The translations under genes and the position numbers were made by a program. Below the pieces are notes generated by a model that saw only the letters and a list, made by a program, of their open reading frames with translations, ran no database searches and was not told the origin of the DNA. 64,000 nt of DNA. Origin: the human T2T-CHM13v2.0 reference genome, Homo sapiens. Each line of letters starts with the position of its first letter. The stretch's first letter is position 1. The stretch lies in assembly GCF_009914755.1 (NCBI RefSeq), contig NC_060929.1; one strand, given 5' to 3'. Shown piece by piece: positions 12,552-27,780 of the stretch.

Positions 12552-14266
12552 GGCCCGGAGCAGGCGCCGCCGCCAGTGAGAACCCGGGCCCTGAGCCGGG
12601 CGGTAGTTTGCTGGGGCTGAGTCTGGGGCGCGCAGGCCCTGACCTCCGCCCTCTGAGCTCTCCCATCGCAGGTGACCATGGGGAAAGTGTTGGCAGTCAG
12701 CTCCCTGCCTGCAGGGCCGCCGCCACCACCTGTGCCGGCCCTCGTGGGACTGCCGCCACCTCCGCCCTAGCATCCAGGCTTCAGGCTGCCGCCGCTGGGA
12801 GGCGGCCTGGGCGCCAGGACCAGTGTGGGTCGAGGTTTGGAGCGGACCCCCGGAGCTGCAACCGCCAGTGCTGCAGGGGGTGCCGAGGATGGGGCCTGCC
12901 GCTGCCTGCCCAACCCCTGCACATTCGAGGAGTGCCACCGGAAGTGCAAGGAGCTGTAGATGGAAGGTGTCAAGTTCACAGAGAACAAAGCGTTGTGTAA
13001 GCATTTTCAGGTGAACCACACAGTAACCCTCAGCACAATCAGGGAGTCCAACCACCATTTTGGTGTCAAGTATATGGGGACAAAGCAGCTGAGTCCCACA
13101 GAGGCATTCCCTGTACTGGTGGGTGACATGGACAACAGTGGCAGCCTCAATGCTCAGGTCATTCACCAGCTGAGCCCCGGCCTCAGGTCCAAGATGGCCA
13201 TCCAGACCCAGCAGTCAAAGTTTGTGAAGTGGCAGGTGGATGGGGAGTACCGGGGCTCTGACTTCACAGTGGACGTCACCCTGTGGAACCCAGACGTCTT
13301 GATGGGTTCAGGAATCCTCGTAGCCCATTACCTCAAGAGCATCACGCCTTGCTTGGCCCTGGGCAGTGAGCTGGTCTACCACCGACGGCCTGGGGAGGAG
13401 GGCACTGTCATGTCTGTAGCTGGGAAATACACATTGAACAACTGGTTGGCAACGGTAACGTTGGGTTGGACATAACACCACAAACCCAGTGACCAACTGC
13501 AGGTGGATGTGGAGTTTGAGGCCAGTACAAGGATGCAGGACACCAATGTCTCCTTTGGGTACCAGCTGGACCTGCCCAAGGCCAACCTCCTCTTCAAAGG
13601 CTCTGTGGACAGCAACTGGATTGTGGGTGCCACGCTGGAGAAGAAGCTCCCGCCCCTGCCTTTGACACTGGCCCTTGGGGCCTTCCTGAATCACCGCAAG
13701 AACAAGTTACGGAGTGGCTTTGGCCTCACCATCAGCTGAACCCTCCTGACCCTTCCACGCCCTTCCTACTTCAGATTCTATTTCCACCCTCCTCCTGCCA
13801 CAGAGAGGAGACCTGGGGCCCCCTCCCCCTCCCTTCCCTTCCTCCTCTGGGGTCAGGCGGACAGCAGAAAGGAGGGACCCCACCACCCTAGCGGCTGAGA
13901 AGGGGATTATGGAACCAGCTGGCGCTTCGGGATTCTGAGTACCAGGGGCAGCGTGTCTAGTGGCCCTGGGGTCAGTCCCAGAAGGGATTCTGGAATTGAG
14001 TGGCACACAGGATTCTGAGCACCAGTGGTAGAGGCAGCCAGACAACCTCAGGGAGGAATGTCCTGGAGTCCCCATCCTCCAAAGGGCCTGGGCCTGCTCC
14101 AAGGGGGCAGCGAGAGGAGCTTCCCCATCCCCGGTCAGTCTGCCCTGCCCCTGTCCACTTTCCCATCTACCCCTCGGTATAAATCATGTTTATAAGTTAT
14201 GGAAGAACTGGGAGATTTTACAGAAAAATAATATATATATATGTGGAAAAAGAAAACAAACAAAAA
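12552..14266 (+). pseudogene. TOMM40 processed pseudogene (possibly the copy annotated TOMM40P3; name unverified)
   Basis: Intronless TOMM40 CDS at 12678-13739 (MGKVLAVSSLPAGPPPPP...GFGLTIS*) with both UTRs and an A-rich tail. 15 bp TSD aaatgaggcaggaca at 12537-12551 and 14267-14281. In-frame stops at 12768-12770, 12957-12959 and 13473-13475. Confidence 0.95.
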
Positions 14267-14769
14267 AAATGAGGCAGGACACAGGTCACGTCCAAGAAAG
14301 CCAGTTAGTTCAGAGAGTGTGGAACAGGGTTGAGAGTCAGCATGGAATGGAGGTTTTGTGGGTCAAGGCAGCAAGTCCACATCAGTGAGGTCAGACCCTG
14401 GCACCAGAATTCCAGGACAGTTGAAAGACAGAGCTGAAGGCCCAGGCCAACAGGAAACAAGAAACTGGACACCAGCACCAAGCATAGAGCTTGACCCTGG
14501 GCACACTGTCTTCGGAGCTCCTCTTCCACTCCCAGCATGGGGCAGGACTGATCATGCATGATGCTGGGACTCAGTTTATAAAAGGAGACAACGTGGCTAG
14601 AGTACAGGAATGAGAAGGCCAGAGGCCAACAGTTCCTGCCAAGTTGGGCTCAGTGAAAGCCATTATCTTCCCTTTGATCAGTCACTCCAAAAAAATATCA
14701 GGATGTTCAGGCCATCTATTTCAGTGTTTGATCATGCTACCACAAAGAGTCTTTTGTGTGGATATATAG

Positions 14770-15256
<487 letters not shown>

Positions 15257-15322
15257 TAAAGCAGGAAGAGTTTTAGTATGAGCTGATGATAATCATTTTT
15301 TTTGCCAGAATTATTCAAAATG

Positions 15323-15445
15323 TGATGTGGTAGCCAGCCTCCAAGAGGACTCCCTGCAATCCCCACCCGCTTGGTATTCATACCCTTTACTAGTCTCCTC
15401 CCACGTTGTATGAGGGTTGGCCTGTGTGACCAATAAAACACAGAC
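15323..15445 (+). mobile_element. MLT1E/F-like LTR 5' fragment
   Basis: tgtggtagccagcctccaag...ggtattcataccc...tgtgtgaccaata. Confidence 0.55.
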
Positions 15446-15780
15446 ATTGTCAGCATTCTGGTCCTTTTCTGGATTAGTGTTTCCTAAAGTGATGTTCTTC
15501 AAAATCAGATTGAGCAGAATGACAATTGTTGCTATGACAAAGAAAAAGAAAAAAAAATTGGAAAATAACGTGCTAAGCTAAATGAAAAAAGTTTCCATAT
15601 TTTTAGGACTTCCCAGAGCCTTTAATATGGTAAGTGCAGTGTGAAACTGTAGGAAGAGTACTGAGAATTCAGGGTATTCTAATCCTATTTGACCCTGGGA
15701 ATCTTGTTTTTGGGGGGGAAGGTTTGCAGTGTTATGTTCGCCAGTATTCACTTTGGTGAATGCTTCTCTAAAGTTTTCTT

Positions 15781-16085
<305 letters not shown>

Positions 16086-16589
16086 TTATTAATATTGTTT
16101 TGAAAATGTAGTATACTAAACAGAACATGATACCTTTCATGTGACTGACCAGTAAAAAAGAAAAAAAACTCATTATAAGATGTAATTTCAACTTTATTAA
16201 AACAGAAGTCTTCTTTCAACCCATTGATAGCTGAGACAATCCTTTCATTTTTTTCTTTCTTCTCGGTACCAGGAACCTCTCTATACAGCCGGCCTCTATT
16301 CTGATGTTGGGGGAAAAAGCACATATGGCATAAATAGGCTGTAGCATTTTTTGAGAACCAAATTATTTTAGAAAAATACTTTAGAAAATATAATATTCTT
16401 TTTTTTAAAAAAGCCCACTTTATAGTTGATAGATACAAAAGGAGATGTAGGGGTAAATTTTTAAAATGCTGAATCAAATTTTTGTGGCATGATGCCAGGA
16501 AATTCTTTCCCTTTGTTTTAACTGAACAAAGTTGCAAGATTTTATTACTCACCTTCCTCCAGTTAATTTATTTTAATTAATTAATTATT

Positions 16590-16897
16590 TTATTTATTTA
16601 TATTTATTTTTCTGAGACAGGATCTTGCTCTGTCACCCAGGCTGGAGTACAGTGGTGTGATCACGGCTCACTGCAGCCTTGATTTCCTAGGCTTAAGCAA
16701 TCCTCCCACCTCAGCCTCCAGAACAGCTGGGACCACAGGCATAAGCCACTATGCCTGGCTAATTTTCTTAATTTTTTGTAGAGATGGGGATCTCACTTTG
16801 TTGCCCAATCTGGTCTTGAACTCCTGAGCTCAAGTTATCTTCCTGCCTCAGCCTACCAAAATGTTGAGATTACAGGCATGAGGCACTGCACCCGGCC
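16590..16897 (-). mobile_element. Alu (AluJ-like)
   Basis: Reverse dimer. Confidence 0.88.
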
Positions 16898-17374
16898 TTC
16901 ACCCTTGCTTAAACTCAGTTTAGGTTTCATATAGGCCTGTCTTTCTGGTTAGATTTGACATGAATACTGAATCAAGATCCCTGAATTACAGACTACAACT
17001 CTCAGCTTCCTGAAGATTATTACTCCTTCACTTGTGTTATTTTTAAAATTCACTTATTGCCTTGGATTTGAATCTTAAAAGTTTAATCACAAAACATCAG
17101 CTTCATACATTTTTAAAATTAATGGCACAAAATTGAATCTTAGAAATTCAAAATTTTTTAGTATTAATTTTTTGAAGGAAGAACAAAGACTTTCTTATTT
17201 CCAAATCTATCAAATTAGAGAAATTAGAGTAAACCTGTAATACACCTAGTGATAATGAGCTCATCTCATATAAAGCCAAGGACTCAATTCTTATCAAGGG
17301 AATGTTTCAGTATTTTACATGTTTATATCTTGGTTACGCCTTTCTCACTTGGAAAGTACATTGAAATTACTTGT

Positions 17375-17742
17375 TGTATTTGTCCGTTTTCACGCTGCTG
17401 ATAAAGACATACACCCCTGAGACAGGGAAGAAAAAGAGGTTCAATGGACTTACAGTTCCATATGGCTGGGGAGGTCTCACAATCAGCCAAAGGCAAGGAG
17501 GAGCAAGTCACATCTTACATGGATGGTGGTGGGTAGAGAGAGAGTGAGCTTGTGCAGGGAAACTCCCATTTTTAAAACCATCAGATCTCGTGAGAACTTA
17601 TTCACTATCACAAGAACAGCATGGGAAAGACCTCCCCCCATGATTCAATTACCTCCCACCAGGTTTCTCCCAAGACATGTGGGAATTGTGGGAGCTACAA
17701 TTCAAGATGAGATTTGAGTGGGGGCACAGACAAACCATATCA
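17375..17742 (-). mobile_element. THE1 (MaLR) solo LTR
   Basis: tgtatt...aaaccatatca with 5 bp TSD cttgt (17370-17374, 17743-17747). Confidence 0.9.
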
Positions 17743-17933
17743 CTTGTCAACAATCTCACTTTTATTTGAAGCATAGAAAAGTGTCTCGTTAAATATGAGA
17801 AATGAGAGGAAACGTATAGAAGTACCCGGTCATCTTTAGGAAAAAAGGACTGTCTCAGAGATCCATGGAAAGGACTATTTCAGGTACTCTGAGTCATAGG
17901 CTTCTAGGGCACAAGCTTCTGATGGCATTTCTT

Positions 17934-18244
<311 letters not shown>

Positions 18245-18329
18245 TAATTATTTTTGAGACCATACCACTGTACTGAGTCAAGATTTCTAGAACTCTAGTG
18301 GAGAAGCCAATGGGTTAATAATATTGCTA

Positions 18330-19800
18330 ACCCAAGATTGAACAGAATAAGAAGTGATTATATGTGACTGAATGGATTATAGTTCTATGAACGAATTACA
18401 TAGGGCTGATAAAAAATGATTATGGATTTTGTTTGGAATCTTGTGGATACTGTTCTATGTTTTGATTATAAGGACCCTCCTTCTCTCTTCTTCTACATTA
18501 TTTGTAATGCATAACAATTTAGTAGATTATACTTTTGTAAACAGAACTGAAACAATTATATTTTTTCCTTGGCTTGATTCTTCCAGAATTTGCAAATTCT
18601 TATATTTTTATTTCATGACAACATAATTTTTCTGCATAGATTCAATGAGTCTGACCCCTTTGTTAACAGGAAATAATTAGAAACATTGGTTATATAAACC
18701 AAAGCTTTGACTGAAGTGTCATATTTGAGAATGATGATCATAGAAACATAGAATCAACTGTTAGTAGCTAAGGCTGATTTTATGTAGCTAATGCCTACAA
18801 AACTCTCTTGGGAAAACCCAGCCTGGTACTTGGCTTACAGAGTTCCCAGCCTTATAGGTGAGTAAGGAAGGTCACATCCTGGCAGGCCCAGGAACTTTAC
18901 AATATTTTGGAAACCTTGAGAAGACAGGAGTTCATCCAAATCTAAAGCTACTGCAGGTAAAGTCTGGTAGTGAGTTCTTGGCATGGCTTCCTAGCCTTGA
19001 CGTGCTTTTAGAAGTCTAATCTCAGATTCCTTATGAAAAACTTCAGTAAAGCAAACTAAAAAAGGTCTATTATGGTATAAATTACCTTTCTTGCTGTATT
19101 TATGTAAACGATCAGGCCAAATCTAATGATATCGGCCCTATTTTATAATCAAGAACATTTTTTCTTTGGGATTATCTTTGATCATAAAAGGGTAACTGTT
19201 GAGAAAAATTTTGTTTTTCATAGAAAATTATAGCACACTATTGTGGATTATCAGATTCTGATCATATTCATAGTTTTTGAGCTATATAACATCTCTTTGT
19301 TAATTGTAGGTAACTAATGAATATGAAAAAAATCTCCAAAATATGTTAACATGTTACTTACCTGTAAATTGAACTGAATCCTGTCATCTTCCATTCATTG
19401 CCAACTGTTACCAAATTTCCAATTCTTCAATTTTTTTTAAAACTATCTAGCCACAACCCTCTACTTCCTGATGTGGCATCACTGAGAATTAAATCCTAAC
19501 TGCTCAGATCCTTATTGGAACCCTAGGTTGCTTTGTAGCTGGCCTTCCCACCCCTCTCCCGCCAAGGATCTGAAAAAGTATTGAGAGTTAAAGCCCAATG
19601 ATTTGATATGTACTTCAAAAGTCTCATCACTACAGCAGTCCATGCATAGGCTGGATCTCTCCCTGGACCAGCCACTATCTGGACCACTAAGGAAGTCTGG
19701 CAAAATACTCAGGTCATGCTCATGCATGCCCTTATTGATAGGACACTCTGAGTATGAAAAACATCACCAGAGTCTCTAAACCTTTGCTTCAAGGAACTCA
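18330..19800 (+). mobile_element. Non-coding ERV1 internal remnant (MER4-group -int)
   Basis: Motifs tatacttttgtaaacagaa, aaagctttgactgaagtgtcatatttgaga and gtgagtaaggaaggtcac. No intact ORF. Confidence 0.55.
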
Positions 19801-19805
19801 ATCAG

Positions 19806-21320
<1,515 letters not shown>

Positions 21321-21490
21321 TTAAAAATTTACTTTTATTTTTCCGGCTTATTTCTGCAAGAAAGAAGCCCTAAGGCTTTAGGTTGGTCTGCATATTCCCT
21401 TCAGGACCACTGCACCTACACTTTGTACCAAGGCTGACCATCTTAGGAAGGCTTCAGGTTTAGACTTCGGCTGTTTACTTCAAATGCAGT

Positions 21491-21493
<3 letters not shown>

Positions 21494-21531
<38 letters not shown>
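21494..21531. repeat. (TG)n(CG)n microsatellite
   Basis: gtgtgt...gtgcgcgcgt. Confidence 0.95.
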
Positions 21532-21930
21532 CTACCTATTCATATAAACATTCAAATTTTGATAACTTTGACAATTCTTCATTTTTAAATATGCTGGAAT
21601 CCTCTAAAAATAGAAATGGCCTAGAACTCTTCAAGACCTCTGAGAGACCCTGGGTCCATTCTGCTGACCAGGCCAAGCAATTGAGAGAGTAGAAGACTGC
21701 TCTGTGACCCTTGGACCATCTGTATCTGCATCACCTGAAAATTCTGGGGCCTACACCAGACCTACTAAATCCTCCTGAATCACTGGAATTGGGGCCAAAC
21801 AGCTCACATTTTAAAAAAGTTCTTCCATGTAACTTGTGTAAACTCAAGTTTGAGAGCACAGGGCTGGGGAGTTAGATGGGTCATTAGACACTGAATTTCT
21901 CAAAAAAAGAGTAGAACTGGCAATGGGAAG

Positions 21931-22768
<838 letters not shown>

Positions 22769-23331
22769 GAAGGAAGACTGAAGCAGGAGCAAAAGGCCTT
22801 GATAAATATGGAGGAGGGATGAAAGATGACAGAGACGAGGAGTGGAAGAGGGATATTAGGTGGATGGTATGACTCTCAAGGACACAATCTCTCCTGTGGG
22901 TGGCTGAGTGGCAGTGGATGTATCTTGGGCCCACCATCTTTGCCAGGCCCTTTCCTATACTCTGTTTTAGCTCCCTAGCCACACTGAGAGGTTCTGAGGT
23001 AGGCCAAATATTGTTAACACTGTCGTACTGATGTGGAAAGAGATAACAGATATGCTGTCTCTTGGCACCTGGTCCTGAAATCCTTCTGGGCATTCAATTC
23101 CCGGTAATCCCTATATGGGAACAGCAGAAGCAAAGTCCCAAATGGTTCTGCTGTTACTTCGGTCCCCAGATGTATACGTCATGCTTGATAACTTGATAAG
23201 GAGTTACTGAGTTTGGCTTCCTAGAGTGAAATGTGGGAACTTTTTGTGAAATCCCAACAGTTTATTAATGATTCAGAGTGATAATTAGCTTCTTTGTCTG
23301 AGTGCAGAGAAAAGATAATTGGTACATTTGA

Positions 23332-23645
<314 letters not shown>

Positions 23646-25132
23646 TGATGCATTTGAAATAGGCCCTGCCCATATAGCCCCTCTGCCCATGTCTTTTGCT
23701 TCTCGGTCCTCTGTGAATCACATTCCTGTCATTAGGCAGGAGTGGAGGCTGATGGGCCAGAAGTGGGGTGGAAGCACACCTCAGAATTTGCGCTCAAGAA
23801 ACATTGGTTCTAATTTGTTGATCCCATTCTGGCCAGTCAGTCATGACTTAACAGCTTGCCTTCCTGAGTGGCCCTCTGAAACCTGGGCTTCAGGGCTGGA
23901 GCATGCCAACAACTTTCCCAGCCGTTCATCTATCCTATTGCTCAAGATAAGCCTGGACCCTACTTGGCCACAAGGTTCTTTTCCCACAAGCATCTCTGCT
24001 CATAGTTGGAAATTCTCGTGAACTACACTGGAGCGTGCAGTATTGCTTCTAGGCCTGGCAACAGGAGCCCCTGCCCCAAGCCTGGCTTTCTACGGGCCAG
24101 TACTCCAAAAGGCTCAAATACAAATACTTCTGTCCTTGTGGCTTGGTAACAAAGTCTTTTGAGTTTTGTAACAGACTGAGTAAGAATTATCAAAATACAA
24201 TACACACATTGGGCGCCCCAGGCCAGAGAAGGGTGTGGGCCTGACAGTCTGTAAGTGCAGGCTGGGGATGCAAAAATCACAGGCTAGGCCCAAGGAAACC
24301 AGGAAAAGAGCTGTGCTCTTGCTTATACTTCGCCACCCCATAGCACCCATGGTGAGTGTCTAGGGGCCTGGGTGGACCAGGTCTGCAGATAACTGGCTCC
24401 CTCCCCTTTCTCTGCCCATGTGATATTGTTGGAAGGTTTTTAGAATTGTTGCAGGTTATGAGGTGGAAAAGTGAGGCATGGGAGCAAGGAACCTACCCCT
24501 CCCAGACTCCCTAGGGAGCTTGGCCAGCTCAGTCTCCATCAGGGATTTGGGTTTAGTCACCTTGGAGACCTGGGTCTGTGCCACCAAATTCTCAGGAGGC
24601 AGGGCTGGCCCAGTGCTAGCTAATTTAGCCTCTCAGTCACATGGCTGATCCTTGGGGAGATGGCTGTGAGATGCTGGATGAGAACAGAGGCCAGGCCTAG
24701 AATGTAGCTTGTTTCATGACTTTCAAACCTTTATACATTTGGTAAGTGGCCCTTCCATTGAACTCTTACCCCAGGCCTCAAGATCCTAAGGAGCAGACCT
24801 GGAGCAAGCAACTTTCAGGTCCCAGGATGGGCAGGAGCACACCAACCACCTGCGTGACAGAGAAACCATACACAACTTTGGAGAAGCCCCCGGCACATGG
24901 CTTCCTTACTCCCTGAGCTGCAAACAGGCTGGGATTAGCAGAGACGAGAGGAGGATTCAGGTTAGTGCAAGCACAGGGAGGAAGTACCCACCCCAATCCC
25001 TTCTGAGATGGCCCAAGCTGTGCCCTCAGTCCCCTGCCACAGTGCATGGACAGGGAAGGATACTGTATCTGTGCACTTCAGCCTCTGATATTTACTCAAC
25101 TCCTCTCCGTGACCCCAACACACACACCCTAC

Positions 25133-26556
25133 TGTGTCCGGAATTGGTGGATTCTTGGTCTCACTGACTTCAAGAATGAAGCCGCTGACCCTTGCGGTGA
25201 GTGTTACAGCTCTTAAGGTGGCGCGTCTGGAGTTTGTTCCTTCTGATGTTCGAATGTGTTCGGAGTTTCTTCCTTCTGGTGGGTTCGTGGTCTCGCTGGC
25301 TCGGGAGTGAAGCTGCAGACCTTCGCGGTGAGTGTTACAGCTCTTAAGGCGGCGCGTCTGGAGTTGTTCGTTCCTCCCGGCTCGTGGTCTCGCTGGCTTC
25401 AGGAGTGAAGCTGCAGACCTTCGCGGTGAGTGTTACAGCTCATAAAAGCAGTGTGGACCCAAAGGGTGAGCAGTAGAAAGATCTATTGCAAAGAGCAAAA
25501 GAACAAAGCTTCCATGGTGTGGAAGGTGACCTGAGCAGGTTGCTGCTACTGGCTCGGGCAGCCTGCTTTTATTCTCTTATCTGGCCCCACCCACGTCCTG
25601 CTGATTGGTAGAGCCGAGTGGTCTGTTTTGACAGGGCGCTGATTGGTGCGTTTACAATCCCTGAGCTAAATACAAAGGTTCTCCACTTGCCCATCAGATT
25701 AGTTAGATACAGAGTATGGACACAAAGGTTCTCCAAGGCCACACCAGAGCAGCTAGATACAGAGTGTTGATTGGTGCGCTCACAATCCCTGAGCTAGACA
25801 CAGGGTGCTGATTGGTGTGTTTACAAACCTTGAGCTAGATACAGAGTGCCGATTGGTGTATTTACAATCCCTGAGCTAGACATAAAGGTTCTCCAAGGCC
25901 CCACCAGACCCAGGAGCCCAGCTGGCTTCACCCAGTGGATCCCACACAGGGGCTGCAGGTGGAGCTGCCTGCCAGTCCCACGCCATGCGCTCGCACTCCT
26001 CAGCCCTTGGGCGGTCGATGGGACTGGGAGCCCTGGAGCAGTGGGCCGCGCTCCTTGAGAGGCTCGGGCTGCATGGGAGCCCATGGAGGCGGGGGAAGGC
26101 TCAGGCATGGCGGGCTGCAGTCCCGAGGCCTGCCCTGCGGGAAGGCAGCTAAGGCCCGGCGAGAAATCGAGTGCAGCGCCAGTGGGCTGGCACAGCTGGG
26201 GGACCCAGTACACCCTCCGCAGCCGCTGGCCTGGGTGCTAAGTCCTTCATTGCCCGGGGCCGGCAGGGCCGGCCCGCTGCTCCGAGTGTGGGGCCCGCCA
26301 AGCCCACGCCCACCCGGAACTCCAGCTGGCCCGCAAGCACCCCACGCAGCCCCGGTTCCCGCTGGCGCCTTTCCCTCCACACCTCCCTGCAAGCTGAGGG
26401 AGCCGGCTCTGGCCTTGGCCAGCCCAGAAAGGGGCTCCCACAGTGCAGCTGTGGGCTGAAGGGCTCCTCAAGTGCCGCCAAAGTGGGAGCCCAGGCAGAG
26501 GAGGTGCCAAGAGTGAGTGAGGGCTGTGAGGACTGCCAGCACGCTGTCACCTCTCA
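25133..26556 (-). mobile_element. Solo LTR12 (LTR12C-like, ERV9)
   Basis: TG...CA ends with 4 bp TSD ctac (25129-25132, 26557-26560). The minus strand starts tgagaggtgacagcgtgctggcagtcc. Repeated gattgg (CCAAT) units and a GC/CpG-rich U3. Confidence 0.93.
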
Positions 26557-27048
26557 CTACCACATTCTCCACCCCATCGTCTGCTCTCTTGTCCCTGAGC
26601 ATGACCTGTGTGTTCTTACCTTTTCCTCTCTCCCCTACTCCAGCTCTTTTATGTTTGCTGCTTCCTCCTCCTTCAAGACATCTTTTCTATGAATGGGCGA
26701 ACAAAAGAAAAAAGATGATTTCCACAAGTTATGAAATTCTTACTATATGCTGGGAGCTATGCTAGACATTGAAATTCTCTGAACATCCCTACCACTCACT
26801 TGTTGAGTGAGACCAGGGAGAGTGGAGATTGCAATGTCACAGTAGGTGGTCAGATGGCTGCTCCCACTGGGCCTCAAGAAGTGGCATTTTATGGGGAATG
26901 TAACAACCATAGTTCAAGGTCTGACCTTTGTTTTGGCAGCTTTAGAAAATTTTCTCTGATTTAGGAGAATTAACATACACTAACCAAGTTCACAAGAAAC
27001 TAATATATAAACCAAAATATCAACTTATTCTATTTCTAGGGGTATGAT

Positions 27049-27780
27049 TGAAACCAACTTTGCAAAGATTATGACAGTGAGATAAGTCTAGCATGGTTTA
27101 TTTCATCTTGCTTCTAGCCTCAGAGGCTGGCGCTCATTCCTGGGCATAGTCCAAGCTAACCATGGGAAAAATTTAGTTTATAGTTTAACTTTGAAGCAAG
27201 GATGATAACAGTCCCTCCTTAAAACTGATCCCTTCCTTGCTCCCACCGAAAACTGCCTTTGTAAAAGTAATGAAAGGCCATGAGATTAGGATTATGGGAG
27301 AGGCTCAATTCTGCTTACATGCAGGCATAGTTTCTATAATCCCCTACTGCTCAGAACCTCTGGCCAGAGGTCACAAGATTTGTGACTTCCTCAGTTGCTC
27401 CTATAGATAACACCACTATTGTAAAACCTAAAATTGGTCTTTCGAGATGTTTTTTTTCAGAATTTTTTTCATTCTGGCAACCAACTGACCCCACCCGGAC
27501 CCTGGACTCATGACTCAACTAGTCCTGTGGCCCCCACCCAGAGGTTGACTCAGTTCCTGAGGACCATTTTCCACACCCCCAAGATTTTATCCCCAAGCAA
27601 GTAGCAGCACCCATTCCCCAGCTCCCTGCTCACCAAATTATCCATAAAACCCTAGTCTCCGAGTTCTTCGAGAGGCTAATTTGAGTGATAATGAAACTCC
27701 AGTCCTTCCACTTGGCTGGCTTTGTGTTAATTAAGCTCCTTACGACAATAAGGCTGTCTCAGTGAACGAGTGAACTGGGC
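27049..27780 (+). mobile_element. LTR8-family LTR
   Basis: Begins tgaaaccaactttgcaaagattatgacag. Homologous to 2161-2925 in the opposite orientation. Confidence 0.75.

Noticed and set aside
12468-13166. 232-aa minus-strand ORF and other ORFs overlapping the pseudogene
   Set aside because: Antisense or off-frame shadows of GC-rich TOMM40 coding sequence, with no independent support.
25190-25445. Thrice-repeated gcggtgagtgttacagctc unit resembling a repeat-spacer array
   Set aside because: A normal internal repeat of LTR12, and the intervening segments are themselves homologous.
25821-26692. Cluster of 130-174 aa ORFs on both strands
   Set aside because: They arise from the stop-poor, GC-rich U3 region of LTR12C.
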